A DNA stretch of 63,914 nt, filler included, from Pirum gemmata (GCA_002812295.1; 16 parts of 16 records of this genome joined end to end with filler, not necessarily neighbours in it), one strand, 5' to 3'. Positions 1 through 13,175 are shown, counted from the first letter of the whole stretch. Program-made: numbers and translations. Notes: generated from the letters alone by a model not told the origin.

Positions 1-257
1 AAATAATAAATAAAATAATAAATAAAATAATAAATAAAATAATAAATAAATAATAAATAAATAATAAATAAATAATAAATAAATAAATGAATAAATAAAT
101 GAATAAAATGAATGAACTGTGCCCGAATGAACTGTGCCCGATTGAACTACAAGTAATTATACACAATTTTATTATTGTTATTATTATTTTATCAGTAAGA
201 TGATTATATAATTTTCTAAGTCTTGGTGTATTTTTGTTTTTGTTTTTGTGTTCTAGT

Positions 258-293
<36 letters not shown>

Positions 294-1143
294 GGGTAGG
301 GCGCAGTGCCTACGTGGCTACTAAGCTACAGTTAAGCTACCCACCTTTTCCTCTAGCTAGCTAGTAGACCTTTTCTTAGCTATGATAGGATTTTTATTTT
401 GCAAACAGCGAAAAACTTCAGCGAATATATGAGATAAAAGATTTCGAGTTGAATTATTTCAAGGACTTCAAATGGGGGAGGGGAGGCCCCGCCGCCCCGG
501 GAGAGTGAAGGGAGAGGGGAGTCAGTTGGGGAGTCCTTGATAATAATATTATTATGTGTTCGATTTTTTTTTTTTTTTTTTTTTTCGAACTACTACTTAA
601 TAAATTCTAGACCAAAAAACGAACCCACCTTTAATAATAATTATTAAACTCGTACTTCAAGGAGTCTTCAAGACTTCGAGAAGCTTCAAGTGGGCTAGAC
701 CTGGCTAGCTCTAGCTAATAGAGGTAGCTAGTAGCTACTAGCTAGCTAGCTAGCTAGCTAGTAGAAGAAGTGGTCTTGATAATTATCTTCTTTCTAACTA
801 AAGAAAGGTTAAAATTTTCTTAATTTAGTTAAAGTGTAAATACTCTTTTCTGATAATCAATGTTTAATTTGGCTAAGTAAAAAGCGTAATTAGTATTGCA
901 TAAGGCAACTTTTTTTCTCCGCTCCGTCAGAGCGTCAGGACTCAGGAAGTTTTACAATTACGTCAGAATCTAATTCTAACCCTTCTAAGTTCTAAGCAGC
1001 CTCCTTCTATATATATATTATATATGACGCAAATTATATGTATGACGCAAATTATATATATAATGTAAATTTTAATTTATACCATATTATTATAATATAA
1101 TTATTAGTAACACATGTACAATATCATAACATTATGTAGTTAG

Positions 1144-1945
1144 TAATGTTACAGGAAATATACTATTATAGTATACGTAATGGTATAATATTGTTAAGTA
1201 ATATAAAAAGTCTAATTTTTATTAAAGTGATATTCATATTTTAATAATTATTAATTAATACGTATATTTAATTAATTTTAATTAAAATTCATAAATAATG
1301 TAATATATTATAATAATTTAAAACAGTATAAAGCCATTACGTGATCATTAACAAATATTGATCCAGCATATTATATAGCGTGATACAGATAAAATAAATG
1401 CATACGTATACGTAATAACGTTAAAACGTAATATTAATATTGTACCAATAACAAAAGACAAAAATAATACAATAGCTACATAATATATTATGCAAATAGT
1501 GTCATGTTATGTTATGACGTTATAACGTTATTAATAGCATAATATTATATTTAGTTACAATTAGCTATAGTAATTTTATAATGTTACAGGAAAAGTTCAA
1601 TATACTATTATAGTATACGTAATGCTATTGATATAACATTGTTTAGTGATATAATAGCCTAATTTTTATTTTTAATTAAGTAATATTTAAATTCATATTA
1701 TATTATAAACAAATTTAAATAACGTATTATTCATGAATAATGTAATATAATAAAACAGTGTAAAACAATTACGTGATATCGATCATTAACAAAAAAAAAT
1801 TAATATTGCTTCAGTATAATTATATATATAGGGTGATACAGATAAAGGCATACGTACTATACGTAGTAATGTAATTTATAATATTAAAATATTGTATTAA
1901 TATAATACCAATAACAAAAGACAAAAATAGCGCAATAGCTATAGC
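1144..1945. repeat. Diverged tandem duplication of a ~435-bp AT-rich unit
   Basis: TAATGTTACAGGAAA..TATACTATTATAGTATACGTAATG at 1144 and 1580. Colinear GATCATTAACAA, GTGATACAGATAAA and TACCAATAACAAAAGACAAAAATA follow in both copies. Confidence 0.8.
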
Positions 1946-2706
1946 CATATACAACGTCATGCTTTAACAATGATGCAACTCTACGTATACGTGGTAGTAT
2001 ACTGCTTGTGAATCATTGACAAAAACCTGGATATTAATATAAACCAATGCAGTAGGACCACGTATTAATTAAATTAATATTATTTAATTTGTAACTTTAA
2101 TTTAAATATAGTTATAACTTTTAAATATAAAAGTACATAAAATAAATTAAATTTATTATGAAATCAAACAAGTCTAAATAAATCTCGAGTACAAAAATTA
2201 CGAAAAAATAAAGAAACAGCAGGAAAAAGAACAAAGATGAATGTTAAAAGACCGCTCTGTTTGTAGGCAAGGAATATGACAAGGACTGGTACTGTGTTAA
2301 AAGAAATAAGACGCAGAAGATATAATAATTATAATACTTGTCTAAGCATAAGCAAATTAAAACTATGGCACTCAAGCTCCAATAGAATAATATTAATATT
2401 GTATTTACTAATAATAATCTAGCAGCAATAATATTGATGAAAAATTCAAGTGTACGTATTGTACCGCCTAGAATTAAAATATAATTCACAATTTAGTTAA
2501 TTCGAATTCCTTCAAGTCACACTATCCATGGCCACTTTAATAAAACATTTCAAAATAGCCAATTTTAACAGATACATTGTATATGTATATACTTAAGCTT
2601 AATTAAGCTTACATATACATTATTTATGTTTTTAAATTATCATTACCAATATTTATAGATAGTTTGATGCTGTTTTAATTAAAAAGTCCACTTTATAATT
2701 GTAACT

Positions 2707-3387
2707 TTATTTTTTTACAAGGGAGTTAAGTTTAGCCACCAACTTGTTCACATCTTCAATTTCCATATTCATATCCACGTGCGCCTTAGTGACTTTTTGC
2801 ATTAAACTATCAATCTCAGCAGACAGTTTCTTATATGCAGCTTCTGTAGCATCTAGGGCATCATTTTCAGAGTTAAATGATTCTATTTTCTTATTTAAAT
2901 TGTCTTGCGCTGCTTTGAGTTCATCAGACATTTTACCTATTCTAGCGTTTTCTGCTGAATGTTCTTCCTTTGACAATTTAAACGCATCATTATTGGCTTT
3001 AAATTTACTCATTTCTTCATTATACCGGTTTTGTTGATTTTTAACTGCTTCATCTTCTTTTATCATTAATTCTCTTTTACTTTTCATATCTGAAACTTTC
3101 TTATTTCTTAGGTTAGTTTCGTTTTCGTAAGCATTATTTTTCAAATCAAGCTCTGTCTTTAACTTATCATATTCTTCTGAAAAAATTTCAATGTTTTTGT
3201 TTTTGGTTTCAATTTGTTGTTTGAGTTGATCATATGACGATACATCATCTTCACTAATATTTTTAAACCCAGCAGGTCTGGCTTGCTGTACATATTTCGC
3301 AGTATAATCAACTGCCTCAGTAGCAACAGGAGTAAGCCCAGTATCAATATGATTGGAGTCGACGCCAGATTCTGTACTGATTGCCAT
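2707..3387 (-). CDS. Coiled-coil protein of unknown function (226 aa)
   Basis: Intronless ATG-TAA ORF, richer in GC than its flanks, with K/E/N-rich heptad-like composition. Confidence 0.75.
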   Translation of the reverse strand: MAISTESGVDSNHIDTGLTPVATEAVDYTAKYVQQARPAGFKNISEDDVSSYDQLKQQIETKNKNIEIFSEEYDKLKTELDLKNNAYENETNLRNKKVSDMKSKRELMIKEDEAVKNQQNRYNEEMSKFKANNDAFKLSKEEHSAENARIGKMSDELKAAQDNLNKKIESFNSENDALDATEAAYKKLSAEIDSLMQKVTKAHVDMNMEIEDVNKLVAKLNSLVKK

Positions 3388-3652
3388 TGTTAATTATTTG
3401 TGTTTACTTTTTTCAAAAATTAGTTTTACTTTATTATATCTTTTTGTTATTAATTTTATAATACTTAATTTTTATACTTTTATTATTTAAAATATTTATT
3501 TTTTATTATTTATTGTTTATTATTTACTTTTATTATTTATTATTTGTTATTTATTATAATTGTTTATTATTTATTAATTTATTAATTTATTATTTGTTAT
3601 TNNNNNNNNNNNNNNNNNNNNNNNNNNNNNNNNNNNNNNNNNNNNNNNNNNN

Positions 3653-3828
3653 TTACCGAGCAGCTGCCGGAACTTTTCCGATTTTATGGTTTATTACTAT
3701 TAATGTTAATATTATTACTTTAATTGGTATCCATTATATTAGATTTACTATTTTAAGAAATACGGAGCTAAGGTTGGCTCGATAAGCATATGTTCGAAAA
3801 AAGTTCCAGTAGATATCTCACCCCTACT
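3653..3828 (-). mobile_element. MITE family A copy (AGTAGGGGTGAGAT TIR), partial, reverse orientation
   Basis: Reverse complement of the copies at 41162 and 62525. It ends ATCTCACCCCTACT and the other end is lost in an N gap. Confidence 0.85.
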
Positions 3829-3996
3829 ATACTCCGCCAGTCCCTAGCCCTCTTTTGGATTTTTTTCTTTATTTTTATGTACGGCGACTTTCTATATATT
3901 ATAATATGATATACATAATATTATATAAATAAAAAGGTATATAAACATGTAGAAATTGGTAACAAAAAAAAAAATTATTACAACAATAAAAATTAG

Positions 3997-4027
<31 letters not shown>

Positions 4028-4145
4028 GTTAATTAAATACTAAATATCAATACTAAATAATAAATTAAATAATAAATTAAATAATAAATAATAAATAATA
4101 AATAATAAAATAATAAAATAATAAAATAATAAAATAATCAAAAAA

Positions 4146-4601
4146 ATGTTTAAAATGGAACCAACTTTCATACAAGAAATGATCATAGTCGACAAATCAC
4201 CAAAAGTCGAAAAAACAAAAAACAAAAACATACCATGTCCCCAATGTAATAAATGTTATTCAACCGACAATTCCTTGAAAAATCACATCCGTCTCAAACA
4301 CACAACCAAGCGTCGAAGATATTCTACTGGAAGCATGGCAATCGAAAAACGAAGGGTTAGTATAACTCCTAAAATAAACTTCGAATTCTACCCAGCACCA
4401 ATTGCAAATTTTGATAATAATAATATGGTTAGTACAACTACTACTAGTACTATGTTTACTACAGCAGCCAGTAATGATGTATTTTTAAATCAACTTGTCC
4501 ATGAACAAAATTTGTTAATGAATGGTTATATTAGTAGTGTGGATTTTAACAATATGGAAATGGGCATGTTTGGTATAAATACACCAATAGTAAGCTTTTA
4601 A
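4146..4601 (+). CDS. C2H2 zinc-finger protein (151 aa)
   Basis: CPQCNKCYSTDNSLKNHIRLKH fits C-x2-C-x12-H-x4-H and is followed by a basic NLS-like KRRRY. Confidence 0.8.
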   Translation: MFKMEPTFIQEMIIVDKSPKVEKTKNKNIPCPQCNKCYSTDNSLKNHIRLKHTTKRRRYSTGSMAIEKRRVSITPKINFEFYPAPIANFDNNNMVSTTTTSTMFTTAASNDVFLNQLVHEQNLLMNGYISSVDFNNMEMGMFGINTPIVSF

Positions 4602-4782
4602 TAGTTAATTAAAATATAATTTTTATTAATTATTTTTTAAAAAAGTTTTATTTTTTTAAATTGAAATTATAATTATATGACATTGTATGTATTTTTGATT
4701 ATAAAGATTTTTTTTACAAAAAAAGAGAATAAATGTTTTAAAAACTTATTATTATTATTATTATTACTATTATTATTATTAC

Positions 4783-4817
<35 letters not shown>

Positions 4818-4913
4818 ATTAATGATTTTAGTTAGTAATAGAAGAAAACAGTAAAGTTAGAAATAGTAATTAATTTCAGTTTATTATTATTTTATATTAT
4901 TTATTTATAAAAA

Positions 4914-6383
4914 TTAATAACCTATTGCTTTTGGGGCTGGTGGTTGTACAGGTTCCTGTTCACCAAAACAAGGAAAAAATATAGTAGAAAAACAAGATTT
5001 ACTCTCAGTTTTCTCAAACCTCATAGTATTATCGTAGGACAGCATAGTTTCATTTTTGCCGATTTTAGAAGTTTTGTTGTTGTTGTTGTGTTGGTCTGCA
5101 AACAGATCAGGTAAAGAATCAATAATATCGTTTACATTATTTTCTCCGTGCTCGAACGCTTTTTTAAGTAAAAAACTCTTACGGTGAGATTTTCTTTTCC
5201 GTTTTCGTTTTTCGGTTCTTTCTGCGGGTGAAGTATTGCAATCAACTTCGCTATCCGTACCGCAAGTGTCACTAAATTCGCTCAAACAAGCACTGGCAAT
5301 ACTACCGATACTATCCTGTTGTTTTTTATGAGTATTGGTCATTTTTACAGCAACCATACCATCTAAGCTTTGACTTTGTGTTTGTGCTGACGCTAGGACA
5401 GAGTCTTTAATGTCGTTGAAATCATAATGTGTAGATTGTTCGTAAGTTTGAGCTTTTTTTCCTTCGTCACTGCTACTGTTTTCTTCATTATTTTGCTTGT
5501 CATTAACATCTAGGATCACATCTTCATCATTAAGTAGAGCCTCGAAAATGCTTTTTTTTCTTTTTATCTTTGTTTCTTGTTTTTGTTGTTCTTTTTTCTT
5601 GTGTATATTTGCCTCAATGATTTTCTCAGTTTTTTCAATTTCCCTTCTGGTTAATTCCTGTTTACTTAATTCCTCCACTTCAACACAATTTGACCTTTCC
5701 TCGTTCTCTTGCTCTTGATTTGCATTAATCATTTGTAGTATATTATCTGTTACATCTTCTTCTTCAAATTCGTCACCATCATATGTTTCTTGTTCTTGTT
5801 TTTGTTCATGTTCTTGTTCTTCTTGTTGCTCTTCTTCTTCTTCAGCATTATTTATCATTGCTAAAATATTTATATCCTCACAGGACTCAGATAAATCTAT
5901 ATCACCATAATCAACTTCATTCTCGCACATGTCTTGTTCTTGTTCTTGTCCTAATAGCAATTGTTCTTGTTCTTGTTCTTGTTCTTGCTCTTGTTTGTGC
6001 TCTTGCTCTTGTTCTTGTTCTTGTTCTTGTTCTTGTTCTTGTTGTTCTTGTTGTTCTTGTTGTTCTTGTTGTTGTTGTTGTTGTTGTTCTTGTTGTGTTT
6101 CTAGTTCTGTTTCTTGTTCTTGTTCTTGTTCTTGTTCTTGTTCTGTTTCTCCATCGCTTTCATCCATTAATAACAAACCAATTTCGTTATTGATGTCATC
6201 CATAGTTACATTGATATGAATATTATCATCGTCTACGTAATCTGAATTATCATTTACTTCATTATTAATATCATAATCTGAATTATCATTTACTTCATTA
6301 TTAATATCATAAAAACAATCAACACTCACGTCACTTTCATCACCTCCTAAGTTTGGTTGACTAATTTCTTGTTCAAAAGACAT
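4914..6383 (-). CDS. Acidic low-complexity protein with E/Q repeats (489 aa)
   Basis: 1.47-kb ATG-TAA ORF with an (EQ)n tract, basic NLS-like KRKRKRK and a C-terminal CFSTIFFPCF. Confidence 0.75.
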   Translation of the reverse strand: MSFEQEISQPNLGGDESDVSVDCFYDINNEVNDNSDYDINNEVNDNSDYVDDDNIHINVTMDDINNEIGLLLMDESDGETEQEQEQEQEQETELETQQEQQQQQQQEQQEQQEQQEQEQEQEQEQEQEHKQEQEQEQEQEQLLLGQEQEQDMCENEVDYGDIDLSESCEDINILAMINNAEEEEEQQEEQEHEQKQEQETYDGDEFEEEDVTDNILQMINANQEQENEERSNCVEVEELSKQELTRREIEKTEKIIEANIHKKKEQQKQETKIKRKKSIFEALLNDEDVILDVNDKQNNEENSSSDEGKKAQTYEQSTHYDFNDIKDSVLASAQTQSQSLDGMVAVKMTNTHKKQQDSIGSIASACLSEFSDTCGTDSEVDCNTSPAERTEKRKRKRKSHRKSFLLKKAFEHGENNVNDIIDSLPDLFADQHNNNNKTSKIGKNETMLSYDNTMRFEKTESKSCFSTIFFPCFGEQEPVQPPAPKAIGY

Positions 6384-6793
6384 AGTTACTATTATTATTT
6401 TTAAGTATGATTATATTTATTATTATTGTATATAAGAAAATAATTACACTGTAATACTATTACTGTTATTATTATTATTACTGTTATTATTAATATTAAT
6501 ATTAATATTATTATTATTATTATTATTACTTAATACTTGTTTGTTCATTATTAGTATTATTATTACTATTATTATAAATTATTATTACATTATTGTTGTT
6601 GGAACGATCGATCCGGGGAATGATCGAGGCAATGTAATCTGATCGAATCGAAAATAATTATTTTTACTGTCAGTTTGCCGGCCTTTGAAGTTTGAAATGT
6701 CAATTGCACTACTTTCATTTTTTTGTTGTTGTTGTTGTTGTTGTTGTTGTCTGTTGTTTGTTGTTTGTTGTTTGTTGTTTGTTGTTTGCTGTT

Positions 6794-6893
6794 NNNNNNN
6801 NNNNNNNNNNNNNNNNNNNNNNNNNNNNNNNNNNNNNTTAATTAATTAANNNNNNNNNNNNNNNNNNNNNNNNNNNNNNNNNNNNNNNNNNNN
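6794..6893. other. Artificial contig linker N44-TTAATTAATTAA-N44 (first of 15)
   Basis: The same 100-nt cassette starts at 6794, 10523, 14257, 18010, 21764, 25487, 29220, 32946, 36674, 40422, 44143, 47829, 51543, 56535 and 60282. It carries stops in all six frames. Confidence 0.97.
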
Positions 6894-7132
6894 TAATAAT
6901 AATAATAATAAAAATAATACTGTAAATATTAATAATAAATCTAACCATAAAAAAGATAATAATAAGAAATAATACTAAAAAAATTTAAAAATTTATAATA
7001 TTATATTATATATACTATCGTTTAGATAATACTGATAGTAGTGTGTAATATTAAATTATACATACTATCATATAGATAATACTGATAGTAGTGTGTAATA
7101 TTAAATAATATATAATAAAACTTATAATTATT

Positions 7133-7276
7133 ATGGATCAATATGGACAAGAGAGAGTGGAAATCCCACCAGGTTGTGAGCCTATGAGTGACGATGAAGA
7201 TACCGTTGAAGAAGGAGGAGAGAGGGGTATAAAGACGGTATTATTCGGCGGTGCTATCGCTGCATATGGCTTGGGA
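7133..7276 (+). CDS. Probable first exon of an unknown (membrane?) protein
   Basis: ATG-started GC-richer segment MDQYGQERVEIPPGCEPMSDDEDTVEEGGERGIKTVLFGGAIAAYGLG, followed by a GTAAAA donor and AT-rich sequence. No downstream exon was found. Confidence 0.45.
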
Positions 7277-7599
7277 GTAAAAAAAAGACATATTTTCTTA
7301 GGGGTTTGTTTTATTATTATATTAATTATTATATATATAATTAAATTTACGTATATAATTATTATGATTTTATTGTTGTTATTGTTGTTATTAATCTTTA
7401 TTAGTATTAGTATTATTATCATATTGTTATATTAGCATTATAGTTATCAATATCAGTGTCAGTGTTAGTGTTTTTATCATTATCTTTACCATTGCCATTA
7501 CCATTACCAATACCGTTACCAATACCGTTACCATTACCATTACCATTAACTACCATTATTATTATTATTATCGTTTTCGTTATCATCATTATCATCATT

Positions 7600-7630
<31 letters not shown>

Positions 7631-8010
7631 GTATCAGTACTAGTATCATTATCATTGTCATCATTGTCATAATAATTATTATTATGCTATGATATTATAT
7701 CACCATCGTCATCAGTATCATTATCGATATCATTATTTTTATTAGTTTCATTCTTGTTATCATTATTGTTTACATTATTGTTATTATTCATTTCCTCATT
7801 ATATTGTTCTAAAACAATGTTTTCTATTATTTCCTTTTAAATTTGCTATGTTATTTTGTTTTTACATGTACCATAATTAATAATAAATGTTTTGTATTTT
7901 TTGATTTTCGCTTTTCTTTTGGTTTACTAATAAATAGTACTGTATTCATTTTGAATTTAATTAATCGTTATTTCGTTTCGTTTACTTGCAAAAGTCTTTT
8001 GGTATCATTA

Positions 8011-8043
<33 letters not shown>

Positions 8044-8065
8044 ATTGTTATTGTTATTATTAGAA

Positions 8066-8670
8066 ATACCTCAGTGTATTTTTAGCAGCTTCACAACTCG
8101 CCGTCGTTGGTTTGGTATTAAACCTAGATAACATAGATACCATAGTCGTTATATCTGGTCTAGTGCATTAATATTGACTTAAATAGTTCAATGATCCAAC
8201 TAACTCTAAATAAGGCCCCGTGAATGCATCACCACCATCCTTAATGGGATATAGATTCTTATGCCCTTTAGCTTCAACTAGCTCAAAGTCGTTTAACAAA
8301 TTGCTGATGTATTTTCCTTGTGACACGTATATATCCTTATCAGTATTAGAAAAGCACTTAACAATCAAGGACCTAAGGCGTGCAAATCAATTCTTATAAG
8401 GATATAGAGTAGTACCCCAAAATCGAAAGTTTGGAGTGAAGTGGCTCAGCTACTAACTCCAATGTTTTAATAGTGCCACTATTCAATGTAAGGACCCATT
8501 TATTGTAAACATGATTGAAACAATTCCCTATCAACAACTGCCTGAAAGGATGTAGATAGCTTCGTTATCCATGTTAGCATCAGTAGGCTCCTCTTGCCTG
8601 CAACACCAGTCTACATACAACTATAAATGACAATCGAAATTTGTCATATAAAACAGATACCGGTGTAAAC
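8066..8670 (-). mobile_element. Degenerate Ty1/Copia reverse-transcriptase remnant
   Basis: Minus strand reads LYVD (~8609-8620), then SQGKYISNLLNDF...YLELVGSLNYLSQY*CTRPDITTMVSMLSRF...AAK and a frameshifted LRY. These are Copia RT C-terminal motifs with stops and frameshifts. Confidence 0.8.
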
Positions 8671-9756
8671 AACTTATAAATATCATATATATATATAATG
8701 TTTAATTAAAAGGGCTGGTTTAGTTTGATAACAATTAGATAACAAACCCAAGTAATGGTGGTTGGTAGTGAGCCTGTCATTGGACTCTTTTAATCTATTG
8801 AAGCATGAATTATTGTGAAGAACGTTAACTGTGAAGATGAAATAAAAATAAAGTTATGGGTAATTTTATTATTTACCTGATAAATATATCAATTGCTATT
8901 TAGACAAAACTAGCAGTGGGACACTAGTGGGACTCACTAGCTAGCTAGCTAGCTAGTAGCCAGCCAGGGAAAAATGATATCATAAAACAAAATCAACAAA
9001 CTAGTTAGAGAAAAAATAACTTTAACTTTTTAAAAACCAATAAAACGTAAGGAGCAATTATATATTATTATATATTTATAATTATACAACATTATTGAGT
9101 ATTATAGTATATTGTGTTTATCATTTTATTTGAGAAAATAAATCTTTTTTTTGTAAAGAAACTATTGTGAATTTATATTATTAACATTATTATTAAAATA
9201 TATATATTATTTAATTATATAAATATATACTGTTGTTTTTGTTATTGTTTGTGTTATATTTAAAAAACATACAGAAAATGGGGTGAACCAGGTGTTTTGT
9301 TGTTTTCAACAAATGAAGCGGGACAATTAAACCAAAGTGACCTAGCTATAGCTATATGTAATTAATTTTTAAAATTAAAGACATTCAATCCCAGTCAATC
9401 AAAAAAACATGACAGCAATAGTTACTATATTTATATATATTATATAATATAATATATCCACATGTAAATACTATTATAACAATCATGAAATATTATATAA
9501 TTATTATGTTAGATAATATATAATTTATTTATCAATTAAGATTAATTATATATAAAATTAATGTAGAAATTAATTAACCAATTAAAAGGGTAAGTATAAT
9601 AATAATAATAATAATTGATTGTTGTTTTTTTAAATTCTAAATTTCAAAATATTTTTATATTTATTTATTATTATTATTATATATTATTATTACAATCGAT
9701 AACATTAATATTGTTCTATATAATTCCCCGCACAAGAGCGCTATAATATGTAAATT

Positions 9757-10362
9757 TTAGAATAAATGGGCTATGCAAGCCATCGCACTGATTATTAATC
9801 CAGATGCCATTATTACATTGGACTCATTGGAAGCTTTGGAAGCTTTGGAAACTTCTGCATTGGCACAAACTAATCGATCTCCATTACAACCGTCATGAAT
9901 AACAAGACTCAAACCATTGAAGTCTTCTATCTTTATAGAGTTTTCTATACCAGCACCAACACCACCAGCACTATTCATATACATCAATCCATGTTTACCA
10001 GATAGATCTCCTTTTTCACAATTTTCTGGAGAGCTCATCGTACAATTGTAAACACTGCCCTTACATGTTTCACTTTTTATATTATCGGATTTAGGTCCAC
10101 AAGCAAAATCTGGATCATAGTGACCCCCTGTTTTACTTGCTGAACATTCTAATTGATTATCAGTTTGTTTAGCATGTAAGTGATATGAAAATTTGGTACA
10201 GCCTGCACTTAGTTTCTTCTTAAGTTCTGTTATATCAAGGTGAAACCCGTATGATGTCCCATTTTCGTTCCATTGTAGCTCAGTAAAATTCCAGTATCCA
10301 GTGACAAGCGGGTTATCAAAGTGGAATATAGCATTATTATTTAAATAAGACAAGACAGACAT
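9757..10362 (-). CDS. Cu-only (SOD5-type) superoxide dismutase-like protein with hydrophobic C-terminal tail
   Basis: Motifs YHLH, TGGHYDP, CEKGDLSGKHG and SLVIH..RLVCA. The Zn-binding His residues and the electrostatic loop are absent. The C-terminus VIMASGLIISAMACIAHLF is hydrophobic. Confidence 0.85.
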   Translation of the reverse strand: MSVLSYLNNNAIFHFDNPLVTGYWNFTELQWNENGTSYGFHLDITELKKKLSAGCTKFSYHLHAKQTDNQLECSASKTGGHYDPDFACGPKSDNIKSETCKGSVYNCTMSSPENCEKGDLSGKHGLMYMNSAGGVGAGIENSIKIEDFNGLSLVIHDGCNGDRLVCANAEVSKASKASNESNVIMASGLIISAMACIAHLF

Positions 10363-10437
10363 TATTATTTATTTATAGGTTATATATTATTATTATTTCT
10401 TTTTTCTTTTCTTTTCTTTTATTATTATTATTTTTTT

Positions 10438-10501
<64 letters not shown>

Positions 10502-10663
10502 TTTTTAGAATTTTTTTTTTATNNNNNNNNNNNNNNNNNNNNNNNNNNNNNNNNNNNNNNNNNNNNTTAATTAATTAANNNNNNNNNNNNNNNNNNNNNN
10601 NNNNNNNNNNNNNNNNNNNNNNTATTATTATTATTATTATTAAAGCTATGTATATAAATCTAC

Positions 10664-13175
10664 CTTGGAAGTTTCAACATGACAAAACATTGAAATTTTT
10701 TCACGAACTCCTGGTTGAAGTGGCACTTTACTACGACAAAATATCTGCAGTAAAATGTGGTAAGTTTTAGAAGATCATAACGATAGTAGGTTTATAATAA
10801 CATTTGATATCTAATAATATTAATAATAATAATAATAATAAGATTTGAATTGACATTTCTTCACACACATCCAATAATAAATGCTGTTCCGATGACAGTT
10901 AAAATAAAAGATAAAAAGATGAATCGAGTTGAAAATTAACATTTAATGCCATTAATATTAATAGGATTTTGAATTGGTATATCTTCAAATCCAATAATAA
11001 AATGCTGTTCCGATTAGAGTCGAACTAAAAATTAGGGTTAATAAATGTACACCAATAAAACAACATGAAATATATGAAAGGTACTTACAATGTCTGGTGA
11101 CAATCCAAGACCTCTAAGATCACGCACACTAGCTTGTGTAGGTTTTGTTTTTTGCTCTCCTCCACCAGTTATTGGTACCAAACTCACGTGCATAGCACAA
11201 AAATTCTAAAAACAATTGAAGAGTTATCGCTTAGTATAAAGCTTATTTAAATATAACTACAAATCTAGGATTAATAGCTATATGGTTTTATGATTTCATT
11301 GATAATTCATTGATGATTTATGGATGATTAATTGATAACATTTTTTATGGTATTATGTTATAGAAGTTGATGATAATGGTTTGATGATTTATAGGAAAGA
11401 TGGTATATTACTTAATTGTCGCATATATGATATTTTTAAATGAGTGTAAGACATATGAAATAAAGTAAATTGAACGTGACTTACTTCATGTCCTACACGG
11501 AATTGAAACTGACGCATGGCCTCTACAAATGGGGCACTTTCTATATCACCAACAGTGCCTCCAAGCTAAAAGTAATAAAGTAAAAGTTAATTAACCAGGT
11601 TTCCATTGATAAAAACAAGTTTCCAAATAACAAACCAATAAACGCTTATACAATCGGCTGTAAAAACAATTATAAAGGCAGTTTTAAATAAAACATAAAA
11701 CCATTTAATATACTTACCAAATTCCACTTAACAAAATCCACACAAAATTCAACTTATAACAGACAAAATTTGAAATAAAAATTTTAACAAATACCTCAAT
11801 GACACATATATCTGGTTTTTCACCACTTTCATCAACACTGACTTTAGATACTTTCTCTACCCATTCTTGGATTTCGTTGGTTAGGTGGGGCACAACTAAA
11901 AGTAGAAATAATTTTCAAGTAAACATAAATAAAATACACATAACGACAAAATAGAAAATTCTGGGTGTTCGTAAGTAAAAGAGAAAAACATTACTGAACA
12001 AAACACCAAAATAATACAACAACAACTGAAAAATACATCTAAACAGCACACAAAACAAACATGAATATGAACGTTTTAATTGCGGAGATTATAAATAAAA
12101 CGAATTTTGAAATAACAAAATAACAAAAAAACTAGAATACTTAACACAACATATAATAAATATAATAAATATAGCAGGTTTATATATATATATATATACC
12201 TTGGACAGTTTTGCCTAGGTAATTGCCTTTTCTTTCTTTTTCAATTACATTTTGGTAAACTTTTCCAGAAGTAATATTATTATCCTTGTTGAGTTTAATT
12301 CCAATAAATCTTTCATAATTTCCTAAATCTAAATCAACTTCTCCTCCATCATCAAGCACAAAAACTTCACCTGCACGGGATGAAAGAACAAGAAGAATTA
12401 GGATAAGGTTACACGACAAAGACTCTTTCTGTAAGAGAGGAAAATAACAGTCGTATGACTGATATTTAAAATATGGAATACGGAACATGCTCCATCCAAT
12501 AATAATCGTAAAGAAACGAGAACAAAAACTTTTTTGTGGGTGGGGGCAGATAAATACTTTACCATGTTCGTAGGGTGAAAAAGTTCCTGCATCAATATTT
12601 AAGTAGGGATCAATTTTAATTGAAGTTACTTTCAAGCCACAACTTTTTAATAAAAAACCCACACTACTGGCAATTACTCCTGTTATATGTACATTAGTAT
12701 ATAAGGTTAACAGTTGAAAATAAGCATGGAATATGCTGCTGCTGCTGCTGCTGCTGCTGAAAATATTTAAACAGAATTATATAAATAAAAGTTCAACACT
12801 ACCATTAAAATGTTTATTTCACAAGAAAAACTTTTCAACAATTTGTGGTTCGGAATTTTTTTTTGAATTTTTTACAATATACACAGGGATATATATTATA
12901 GTTTGAAATATTTGTGAAAAACGAAAATACTAACAAGCCACTTGTAAAAAACGAATCAAAGTTTAACTTACCTACCTTTTACAAATATCATAACACTTAA
13001 CAATTTTCAGACGATTGTCGTTTAATATATAAGCACACACACTCATTTAACAAAAACACTAATACTAATAATAATATAAGTTAAATTAGTTTTTTTTACC
13101 TTTCCCGATTCCACTAATAACACCACCACTAACCAAAATGTACTTGGTTACTTTATCTTTTGTTCCACTGTCCAT
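10664..13175 (-). CDS. CTPS: CTP synthase, N-terminal synthetase domain (7 exons; 3' end lost at contig edge)
   Basis: GT-AG exons 13175-13100, 12679-12563, 12370-12200, 11895-11795, 11565-11485, 11205-11089 and 10744-10664 splice in frame. Product: [78 protein letters not shown]. Confidence 0.96.

Noticed and set aside
2244..2489. Small membrane-protein gene
   Set aside because: No ATG, no motif and no convincing splice model.
5783..6219. Cys-rich metallothionein-like and Val/Leu-rich ORFs
   Set aside because: They are antisense shadows of the (EQ)n tract in the 489-aa gene.
12180..12662. Single 160-aa CTP synthase ORF with an insertion
   Set aside because: The insertion is a stop-free GT-AG intron (12562-12371).
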